29,506 bases of DNA from Patescibacteria group bacterium (GTDB taxonomy: Bacteria > Patescibacteriota > Minisyncoccia > UBA6257 > UBA9933): contig JBBTZV010000021.1 in the NCBI GenBank assembly GCA_038061215.1, forward strand, positions 1 to 29,506, given 5' to 3'. A model generated the notes under the pieces. That model did no database searches, was not told the DNA's origin, and saw only the letters and a list, made by a program, of their open reading frames with translations. How positions within the stretch are numbered: position 1 is the stretch's first letter; the number at the start of each line of letters is the position of its first letter. A program made the position numbers and the translations under genes. Shown here one piece after another: positions 1 through 6,366 of the stretch.

Positions 1-1
1 G

Positions 2-88
2 CGGCGGGGGTGAGATTCGAACTCACGATACCCTTTCGGGTATAACTGTTTTCAAGACAGTTCGTTTCAGCCGCTCACGCACCCCGCC
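2..88 (-). tRNA. tRNA-Ser(UGA)
   Basis: Cloverleaf read on the minus strand: acceptor GGCGGGG/CCCCGCC, anticodon arm ACTGT-CTTGAAA-ACAGT, long variable arm, T arm GTGAG-TTCGAAT-CTCAC, G73. The 3' end abuts the window edge. Confidence 0.97.
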
Positions 89-104
89 TTTAAAATTTTT
101 TATA

Positions 105-132
105 ATTATATCCAAAATATTAAATTTTTCAA
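105..132 (-). promoter_or_regulatory. sigma70-like promoter for tRNA-Ser
   Basis: Minus strand TTGAAA-N16-TATAAT, 16 nt upstream of the tRNA 5' end. Confidence 0.55.
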
Positions 133-138
133 AAAAAC

Positions 139-172
139 AGCCCAATAACTTAACTAGTTAAGTTATTGGGCT
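139..172 (-). terminator. 34-bp perfect palindrome, probable intrinsic terminator of ORF 180..356
   Basis: AGCCCAATAACTTAACT/AGTTAAGTTATTGGGCT, 7 nt past the ORF stop, followed on the minus strand by GTTTTTTT. Confidence 0.7.
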
Positions 173-179
173 TTGGAGC

Positions 180-356
180 TTAATGAAAAAGTGTTTTTTT
201 TGGGACGGTGACGGTATCCAAAAAATCCGCTATCTGCTCTATAAAATGCTCTTTAGAAAGCCTTTTGTCCATGACTTTGTGTAAAGCATTATGCAGATCA
301 TCTACCGCAACGGGAAACACTTTCTCATTTATATTCATTTTCATTGTTGCTTCCAT
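180..356 (-). CDS. small hypothetical protein, 58 aa (MEATMKMNINEKVFPVAVDDLHNALHKVMDKRLSKEHFIEQIADFLDTVTVPKKTLFH); below the ORF-track length cutoff
   Basis: Translated by hand. Strong SD (GAAAGGGGG) upstream, own promoter TTGATT-N17-TAAACT (390..418), and a terminator downstream. Confidence 0.7.
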   Translation of the reverse strand: MEATMKMNINEKVFPVAVDDLHNALHKVMDKRLSKEHFIEQIADFLDTVTVPKKTLFH

Positions 357-389
357 TTTTATAACCCCCTTTCTTAAATAACTAATGGA

Positions 390-418
390 AGTTTAACACA
401 ATAATTTTAAAAAATCAA
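390..418 (-). promoter_or_regulatory. sigma70-like promoter with extended -10 for ORF 180..356
   Basis: Minus strand TTGATT-N17-TAAACT, with TG-n immediately before the -10. Confidence 0.55.
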
Positions 419-446
419 GCCCCTTTATTTTTCATCTTTTATTTTT

Positions 447-517
447 TGGACCCAGCGGGAATCGAACTCGCATCTTCCGGATGCAAACCGGATGCTCTGC
501 CACTAAGCTATGGGCCC
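447..517 (-). tRNA. tRNA-Ala(UGC)
   Basis: GGGCCCA/TGGGTCC acceptor with G3.U70, anticodon loop TTTGCAT, A73, no encoded CCA. T stem GCGAG/CCCGC carries an A52.C62 mismatch. Confidence 0.95.
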
Positions 518-524
518 TTATTTT

Positions 525-595
525 TGGACCCAGCGGGAATCGAACTCGCGCCTCGGCAATGCGAATGCCGCGTAATGCCACTTTACTATGGGCCC
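525..595 (-). tRNA. tRNA-Ala(CGC)
   Basis: Same acceptor and T arm as 447..517, D stem GTAA/TTAC, anticodon arm CGGCA-TTCGCAT-TGCCG, G3.U70. Confidence 0.93.
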
Positions 596-675
596 AAACC
601 AACTCCTGTTTCCTTAAAACATAAATACTATATAATAAAATAAGAATCTTATCAAATAAAAAAGGAGGCAGTAAA

Positions 676-1188
676 ATGCAAACATTAAATGAAAAGGAAC
701 TTCTCAAAAAAGCGCTTTCTTATGTGCTTTTAATTCGTTATTTAAAAGACTATATCGGCTTTCACGTTCTGGCTGACGGCGAACCGTTCACCGAAGAAGT
801 CATAAAATCGCTTCAAAAAGCCGCTGACGAATTTAATAACGAACAAGCCAAAAAATCGCTTTTTCTCTTGAATAAACACTCCGACAGCTATCTTAATTTG
901 CATCTTTATCTTGACAGCGACGAATGCGCCGAAGCATTAATCCAACCGCTCAAACAATTTATCGGCTGGAACGACGAAAAAGACGAAAAAATAATTTCTG
1001 AATTGGCGAATAAATTCAAAGAAAGAATTTCAAAACGCCATGCCCCTCAACAATCGGTTAAAACTCTAAAAAATGAATGGAAACGCGCTAAAAAAATTAT
1101 TAAAGTCGCCAGTTTCGCGGCCGCGGGCGCGGGAGTTGTCGTTGGATTGATTTATTTATTCCGCAAAAAAAATAATACTCCGAAATAA
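676..1188 (+). CDS. hypothetical protein with C-terminal transmembrane anchor
   Basis: 170-aa ORF with SD AAGGAGG. Mostly helical and charged, ending in the hydrophobic segment VASFAAAGAGVVVGLIYLF followed by RKK. Terminator downstream. Confidence 0.8.
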   Translation: MQTLNEKELLKKALSYVLLIRYLKDYIGFHVLADGEPFTEEVIKSLQKAADEFNNEQAKKSLFLLNKHSDSYLNLHLYLDSDECAEALIQPLKQFIGWNDEKDEKIISELANKFKERISKRHAPQQSVKTLKNEWKRAKKIIKVASFAAAGAGVVVGLIYLFRKKNNTPK

Positions 1189-1202
1189 TATTTCGGAGTA
1201 TT
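1174..1202. terminator. bidirectional intrinsic terminator between ORF 676..1188 and tRNA-Pro
   Basis: AATACTCCGAAAT-AAT-ATTTCGGAGTATT, flanked by A and T tracts. Confidence 0.75.
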
Positions 1203-1209
1203 TTTATTT

Positions 1210-1280
1210 TCGGACTGCTGGGAATCGAACCCAGGCCTCACACTCCCGAAGCGTGTATACTACCACTATACTACAGTCCG
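1210..1280 (-). tRNA. tRNA-Pro(CGG)
   Basis: CGGACTG/CAGTCCG acceptor, anticodon arm CACGC-TTCGGGA-GTGTG, T arm CTGGG-TTCGATT-CCCAG, A73. Confidence 0.95.
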
Positions 1281-1359
1281 TGAAATTCTTGTCTATATTT
1301 TTTATAAGAATATCCGCTATCACAAGGCGGACATTGTCCTACCACTATACTACAGTCCG
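1260..1359 (-). repeat. 21-bp direct repeat of the tRNA-Pro 5' end (1260..1280 and 1339..1359)
   Basis: CGGACTGTAGTATAGTGGTAG occurs twice, 79 bp apart. The upstream copy has no T arm and no 3' acceptor strand. Confidence 0.9.
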
Positions 1360-1365
1360 CTTTAA

Positions 1366-2850
1366 TCACTTTACATAAAATTTCTTTTTTATCTCCTCCT
1401 CTGCCCCGCTCTCAAATTCATCTTTTTTTTCTTTCGCGTTCTTAGATAATTTTTCCAGCTTATCATCGGATAAATTACCAAACTCCTTGATTCTCAATGC
1501 TAAATACTTGCTGCTATTCTTGTCCGGCTCTTCAACCACTTCGTCAAGCAGAATTGACAGAATCCAACCGACTTTTGGGCCCGGCTCAATTTCTAAAATT
1601 TCCATTACGTCATTGCCGCTGACTTTCAACATTTTCGGAGAAAGCGGGTCGCGCTTCACTTTTTCAATCATAAAAAGCAAATGCCTCAATTTGTAAGGCA
1701 CGGCTTTCGGCACGCCGGAGCCGATTCTATCCGCTTCCCTTAATTTTATGAAATCTTCAACATTTTCCGGTCCAACGCGGCGCAGAAAACGCCGAACACC
1801 GGCTTCTGTCACTTCGCCCACATTGTAATAAAAAAGATGATAGCGGACAAGATGGACGACTTTTTCAATAAAAACTTTTGAAAAATGCAATCTATCCAAA
1901 GCTCGCGCCGCGATTTTCGCGCCAATTACTTCGTGATTGTAAAAAGTCGAATCCGGACCGTCTCCCGCCTTGGTTTCGGGCTTGCCGACATCATGAAGCA
2001 AAGCCGCCATTCTGATTTCCAAAGAATAATCTTTTTTTACGGCGTAATCCAAAGCGCGCAAATTATGTTCCCAAACCGTATAAATGTGGTGCTTGTTTTG
2101 GCCGACATTAATTCCCTCGCGCAACTCCGGCACAACATGACGAAGCAATCCCAAGTCCTCCAATGTTTGAACGCCTTTAACCGCGTTTTTTGTTGCCAAA
2201 ATTTTTTTAAACTCTTCGCAAATTCTTTCCTTAGCAATCATTTCCAGCAAATTGGCTTGTTTTCTAACGGCTTCGCTTGTTTTTTTCTCAATTTCAAAAT
2301 TTAATTCCGTCGCAAACCGCACAGCCCGCATCAATCGCAAAGCATCTTCGTTAAAACGTTCTTCGGGATTGCCGACAGTTTTAATAATTTTATTTTTAAT
2401 ATCTTTCTGACCGTTAAACGGGTCAATAATTTTTGAAAATTGAAAATTAGAAATTGAAAATTCCGCCGCGATGGCGTTTATTGTGAAGTCGCGGCGGGCA
2501 AGGTCTTCCTCAACCGTTTTGGCGAATTTAATTTCATCCGGATGCCGCTTATCGGTGTATTTTCCTTCCAGCCGAAAAGTGGTTATTTCAACGATTTTTA
2601 ATTTTGGGTTTTCGGAATCAGTTTTTACGGCAACAGTGCCAAATTTATTTTCATAAACGCTGTCCGGAAAAATTTTCTGAATTTCTTTTGGCTTAGCATT
2701 GGTTGTTATATCCCAATCTTTCGGTTCGCGCTCCATCAATAAATCGCGAACGCAACCGCCAACAAGATACGCCTGAAAATTTCCGCCAGTCGGCGGATTT
2801 TGAAGTTTTTTGGCAATCTCAATAATTTCTTCGGGAATATTGAATTTCAT
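1366..2850 (-). CDS. cca: class II CCA tRNA nucleotidyltransferase with HD domain
   Basis: Motifs GGCVRD..DWD, RRDFTINA, EDALRLMRAVRF and ERICEE; HD motif LLHDVGKP. No poly(A)-polymerase signature. Confidence 0.9.
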   Translation of the reverse strand: MKFNIPEEIIEIAKKLQNPPTGGNFQAYLVGGCVRDLLMEREPKDWDITTNAKPKEIQKIFPDSVYENKFGTVAVKTDSENPKLKIVEITTFRLEGKYTDKRHPDEIKFAKTVEEDLARRDFTINAIAAEFSISNFQFSKIIDPFNGQKDIKNKIIKTVGNPEERFNEDALRLMRAVRFATELNFEIEKKTSEAVRKQANLLEMIAKERICEEFKKILATKNAVKGVQTLEDLGLLRHVVPELREGINVGQNKHHIYTVWEHNLRALDYAVKKDYSLEIRMAALLHDVGKPETKAGDGPDSTFYNHEVIGAKIAARALDRLHFSKVFIEKVVHLVRYHLFYYNVGEVTEAGVRRFLRRVGPENVEDFIKLREADRIGSGVPKAVPYKLRHLLFMIEKVKRDPLSPKMLKVSGNDVMEILEIEPGPKVGWILSILLDEVVEEPDKNSSKYLALRIKEFGNLSDDKLEKLSKNAKEKKDEFESGAEEEIKKKFYVK

Positions 2851-2896
2851 TGAATTTAATTATAGACTAAATAACTAATAACTAAAAACTATTTTT

Positions 2897-2971
2897 GCTC
2901 TCGTAGTGAAATGGATATCACGACAGGCTTCGAACCTGTTATTGGGGGTTCGAATCCCTCCGAGAGCGCCA
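2897..2971 (+). tRNA. tRNA-Arg(UCG), CCA encoded
   Basis: GCTCTCG/CGAGAGC acceptor, ACAGG-CTTCGAA-CCTGT, ends GCCA. Confidence 0.95.
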
Positions 2972-2991
2972 ACCGAAAGCGCCGAAACTAA

Positions 2992-3064
2992 GCGCCCATA
3001 GCTCAGTTGGCAGAGCAGTCGCCTCTTAAGCGAACGGTCCCAGGTTCGACCCCTGGTGGGCGCA
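2992..3064 (+). tRNA. tRNA-Lys(CUU)
   Basis: GCGCCCA/TGGGCGC acceptor, anticodon loop CTCTTAA, T arm CCAGG-TTCGACC-CCTGG. Confidence 0.95.
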
Positions 3065-3091
3065 TAAAAATTATTTTTCATAAGGTCTACA

Positions 3092-3163
3092 GTCCTCGTG
3101 GTTCAATGGATAGAACACCGGCCTCCGAAGCTGAAGATAGAGGTTCAATTCCTCTCGAGGACA
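3092..3163 (+). tRNA. tRNA-Arg(CCG)
   Basis: GTCCTCG/CGAGGAC acceptor, anticodon loop CTCCGAA, T arm AGAGG-TTCAATT-CCTCT. Confidence 0.93.
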
Positions 3164-3205
3164 CAAAAATTGATTATTTTTGATAACTAATTAAAATTAA
3201 AAAAT

Positions 3206-3276
3206 GCGGGGTTAGTATAGTGGTAATACACCTCCTTGCCAAGGAGGAGCCGCGAGTTCGATTCCCGTACCCCGCT
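3206..3276 (+). tRNA. tRNA-Gly(GCC)
   Basis: GCGGGGT/ACCCCGC acceptor, U73, CCTCC-TTGCCAA-GGAGG. T stem GCGAG/CCCGT carries an A52.C62 mismatch. Confidence 0.94.
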
Positions 3277-3283
3277 TGTTTAT

Positions 3284-3309
3284 TGAAACTAAACTCCTTT
3301 TTATTCGTT
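3284..3309 (+). promoter_or_regulatory. putative ECF-sigma autoregulatory promoter
   Basis: TGAAAC-N16-CGTT directly before the ECF sigma start codon; resembles the B. subtilis SigW/SigM consensus TGAAAC-N16-CGT(A/C). Confidence 0.55.
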
Positions 3310-3313
3310 TCTT

Positions 3314-3850
3314 ATGATAGAAGAACAGCAAAAATTAATTAAGGAAGCGATTGCCGGAAAATCCGCGCCTTTTGGCTTGCTTTACGACCATTATCAGCCG
3401 ATTGTCTACCGATTTATCTACTTAAAAGTCAGCCATCGCGAAGAGGCCGAAGACCTAACCCATCAAGTTTTTTTGAGCGCCTGGCAGAATATTTCTGGAT
3501 TTAAAATCAAGAAAGAAGCGTCTTTTATAGGATGGCTTTATCAAATCGCCAGAAACAAAGTCATTGACCATTACCGGACAAAAAAACCGACCGTTGATAT
3601 TGACAATATCGCCGACCCGCCGGAAATTGGAAAATCCAACGAGGAAACGGCTGATTTCAGAATTGAAATTAAAATGGTTAAAAAGGCCATTCCCCTATTA
3701 AACGAAATAGAACAAGACGTGGTGATTATGAGATTCGTTGAAGATTTGACTTCAAAAGAAGTGGCGGAAATTTTAGAAAAATCAGAAGGAGCAATCAGAT
3801 TAATTCAACACAGAGCGATAAAGAAATTACAAAATATATTAAAACAATGA
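3314..3850 (+). CDS. ECF-family RNA polymerase sigma factor
   Basis: Region 2 (AEDLTHQVFLSAW, WLYQIARNKVIDHYR) and region 4 (EVAEILEKSEGAIRLIQHRAIKKL); 178 aa. Confidence 0.93.
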   Translation: MIEEQQKLIKEAIAGKSAPFGLLYDHYQPIVYRFIYLKVSHREEAEDLTHQVFLSAWQNISGFKIKKEASFIGWLYQIARNKVIDHYRTKKPTVDIDNIADPPEIGKSNEETADFRIEIKMVKKAIPLLNEIEQDVVIMRFVEDLTSKEVAEILEKSEGAIRLIQHRAIKKLQNILKQ

Positions 3851-4341
3851 ATATTTTTGAAATCCTAAAAGAATTAAAAAATATCAAGCCCGACCAAGAA
3901 TACGCGAAACAATCGCGGTATTTGATTTTGTCCCAGACGCCGGTGAACAAAAAAATCACCGTTGCGGAAATTTTTGATTGGATTTCAATTCATCGTTTGG
4001 CAACCGCCGCCAGCTTAATCGGCGTATTTATTCTTCTTGTGGTTTTAAGCGTTTCCTATCTGCCGGGCAATAAAAACAGCTTGGTGGCCGAAGCCGATGA
4101 AATCAATGCTTCAATAAAGATAAAATTAAACGACATGGGTTATCAGCTGCAAAATCCGGCGGAAATCAATATTAATGAAATACCGAATATCCAAAAAAAT
4201 TTGGAGGAAGTAACCAAATTAATGAAAGAAGCGCAAATTTTAAGTGAAAATAATAAAGATAAAAATATGGGAGAGTATTTGGAAAAAATTAAAGCCGCTC
4301 AAGCTCTGCTTACGGAAATAGAATCGCTGCTCGTCAAATAA
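3847..4341 (+). CDS. putative single-pass membrane anti-sigma factor
   Basis: ATGA-coupled to the ECF sigma. Short N-terminal soluble part, one TM segment (ASLIGVFILLVVLSVSYL), helical C-terminal domain. Confidence 0.65.
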   Translation: MNIFEILKELKNIKPDQEYAKQSRYLILSQTPVNKKITVAEIFDWISIHRLATAASLIGVFILLVVLSVSYLPGNKNSLVAEADEINASIKIKLNDMGYQLQNPAEININEIPNIQKNLEEVTKLMKEAQILSENNKDKNMGEYLEKIKAAQALLTEIESLLVK

Positions 4342-4369
4342 AATATCCCGCCGACTGGCGGGATATTTT
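4340..4369. terminator. bidirectional terminator between the anti-sigma gene and hup
   Basis: AAAATATCCCGCC-GACT-GGCGGGATATTTT plus T tract. The core matches the CCGCC-N4-GGCGG repeat family. Confidence 0.8.
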
Positions 4370-4387
4370 ATTTTTTATAATAAATTA

Positions 4388-4663
4388 TTATTTAACGGCT
4401 TCTTTTAATACCTTTCCTGCTTTGAATTTCGGTTTGGTTGAAGCCGCGATTTGAATTTTTTCTCCGGTTTTCGGATTAATGCCCATGCGAGCATCTCTTT
4501 TAACTGTTTTAAAAGTGCCAAATCCGACAATCGCCACTTCTTCTCCTTTGCTTAAAGTTTTTGTAATTATGTCAAAAACCGCTTCAACGGCGGCAACGCC
4601 ATCTTTCTTGGCCTCAATGCCAGCCGCCTGCATTACCGCTTCAACTAATTCTGGCTTATTCAT
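4388..4663 (-). CDS. hup: DNA-binding protein HU
   Basis: GFGTF, arm RMGINPKTGEKIQI, KPKFKAGK; 91 aa. Confidence 0.96.
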   Translation of the reverse strand: MNKPELVEAVMQAAGIEAKKDGVAAVEAVFDIITKTLSKGEEVAIVGFGTFKTVKRDARMGINPKTGEKIQIAASTKPKFKAGKVLKEAVK

Positions 4664-4743
4664 ATTTAAAATTTATCGCATTATTAGAAATTATTCTCTC
4701 CGACCTTTTAAGCTTTGTATTTAATTGTCAGATGTTAAACAAT

Positions 4744-4771
4744 AAGTGTCAAGTGTCAGGTATCAGGTGTC
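4744..4771. repeat. intergenic 7-bp-period array
   Basis: AAGTGTC AAGTGTC AGGTATC AGGTGTC. Confidence 0.8.
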
Positions 4772-4776
4772 AATAA

Positions 4777-6306
4777 CTATCTGGCGTACTCCACTGACCT
4801 TGTTTCCCTAATCACATTGACCTTAATCTCTCCGGGATATTTTAACTCGGATTCAATCTTGGCGGCAACATCCCGCGCTAATTGCATGGCGCCAAAATCA
4901 TCAATTTTTTCCGGCACCACGAAAATCCTGATTTCCCGTCCGGCGGAAACCGCGTAAGCGTTTTTAATGCCGCTGAAACCTTTAGCTATTTTTTCCAGAT
5001 TTTCCAATCTTTTGAGATAATTTTCAATGGTGTCGCGCCTGGCGCCGGGCCTTGCTCCTGACAAAGCGTCGGCAGCGGCCACAATGTAGGACTCCGGGCT
5101 GCTGAACGGATATTCTTCATGATGAGCCGCCATAGCGGAAATAATTTCTTCGCTTACGCCGAATTTTTTCAAAATCCTGACGCCCAATTCAACATGGCTG
5201 CCTCCGCCGACTTCCTGGTCAATGGCTTTGCCGATGTCGTGAAGCAAAGCTCCGATTTTGGCGATTTCCACGTTCAATCCCAATTCTGAAGCCATCATAG
5301 ACGCCAAATGCGCCGCTTCAATTGAATGATTCAAAACATTCTGGCCATAGCTGGTCCTGCAATAAAGCCGACCTAAAAGCTGGATGATTTCCTTCGGAAG
5401 ATTGTAAACGCCGACTTCGTAAGCCGCTTCTTCGCCTTTTTCGGTAATTTTTTTGTTAATTTCATTTCTCGCTTCTTCAACTTTTTCTTCGATTTTCACC
5501 GGCTGAATCCGACCGTCTTTAATCAATTTCTCCAAAGCCAATTTGGCGATTTCCCGGCGCACCGGATCAAAAGATGAAATAATTATGGCGCCCGGAGTTT
5601 CGTCAATTATGAATTCGGCGCCGGTTTCCTTTTCCAAGGTTTTGATGTTTCTTCCTTCGCGGCCGATAATTTTTCCCTTCAAATCTTCGTCAGCCAAATT
5701 AAAAGAAGTCGTCGTCACTTCCGCCACATGGGAACGCGCCATCCTTTGAATGGCAGTAGTCATAATCTGCGTTGCTTGCCGCTCAAGTTCATCCCTTCTT
5801 TCTTTCAATAATTTTTGAACGGCGATAACCAAATCTTCGTTGTATTTTTCTTTGGTAATGGCGAAAATTTTTTCTTTCGCTTCGGCTTCGGTAAATTTGG
5901 CGATATTTTCCAATTCAGCGCCCAATCGCTGTTTCACTTCTTCAACCTGAATTTTGGCTGATTTTATTTTTTCAACATCGTCCTTGATTTTATTTTCCTG
6001 AAAGCGCAAATCATTGCGCTCTTGCTCAAGCGACTCTTCTTTTTTCAACAATCGCTCTTCCAAACGGCCCAGTTGCGACTTCTGCTCTCTTTCTTCTTTT
6101 TTAATTTCCTCAAGAATGCCGGTGGCTTTATTCTGGGCGTCAAGGACTATCTCTTTAGCCTTGCTTTTAGCGCCTTCCAACTGCTCGCGAATTCTCTTTT
6201 CAACGGAACTGGTTTTTCTAACGGCAATCAGCTGCCGAATAAAATAGCCGGCCGCCAATCCAACCAACATTAAAGCTCCCCAAAAAATAGGATTTTGATA
6301 AATCAT
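4777..6306 (-). CDS. rny: ribonuclease Y
   Basis: N-terminal TM segment, coiled coil, KH domain (KGKIIGREGRNI), HD motif LLHDIGK, C-terminal YPGEIKVNVIRE. Confidence 0.97.
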   Translation of the reverse strand: MIYQNPIFWGALMLVGLAAGYFIRQLIAVRKTSSVEKRIREQLEGAKSKAKEIVLDAQNKATGILEEIKKEEREQKSQLGRLEERLLKKEESLEQERNDLRFQENKIKDDVEKIKSAKIQVEEVKQRLGAELENIAKFTEAEAKEKIFAITKEKYNEDLVIAVQKLLKERRDELERQATQIMTTAIQRMARSHVAEVTTTSFNLADEDLKGKIIGREGRNIKTLEKETGAEFIIDETPGAIIISSFDPVRREIAKLALEKLIKDGRIQPVKIEEKVEEARNEINKKITEKGEEAAYEVGVYNLPKEIIQLLGRLYCRTSYGQNVLNHSIEAAHLASMMASELGLNVEIAKIGALLHDIGKAIDQEVGGGSHVELGVRILKKFGVSEEIISAMAAHHEEYPFSSPESYIVAAADALSGARPGARRDTIENYLKRLENLEKIAKGFSGIKNAYAVSAGREIRIFVVPEKIDDFGAMQLARDVAAKIESELKYPGEIKVNVIRETRSVEYAR

Positions 6307-6366
6307 AATGGAATTTAATTAAAATAATCATTTGCGACAAATTAAGTATAAGGTTAAAATAAGAAA

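Noticed and set aside
443-549. 29-bp direct repeat with 49-bp spacing resembling a mini CRISPR array
   Set aside because: Both copies are tRNA 3' ends; only two units and no cas genes in the window.
432-707. Track ORFs 432..707 (-) and 446..643 (+) with internally repeated peptides
   Set aside because: They are translations of the two tRNA-Ala genes; the repeats are the shared T arm and acceptor.
1295-1335. His-like anticodon loop (TTGTGAT) in the hairpin upstream of tRNA-Pro, suggesting an extra tRNA-His
   Set aside because: Out of register with the D arm, no T arm and no 3' acceptor strand; reported only as part of the fragment finding.
180-1359. Integrated prophage or genomic island at the tRNA cluster
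   Set aside because: No integrase or phage genes and no duplicated tRNA 3' end flanking the orphans; only gene-sized inserts are visible.
1366-2850. Possible poly(A) polymerase or partial (CC- or A-adding) enzyme
   Set aside because: No PAP signature between motifs A and B, the flexible loop and EDxLR template motif are present, and most nearby tRNAs lack encoded CCA. An A-adding-only role cannot be fully excluded.
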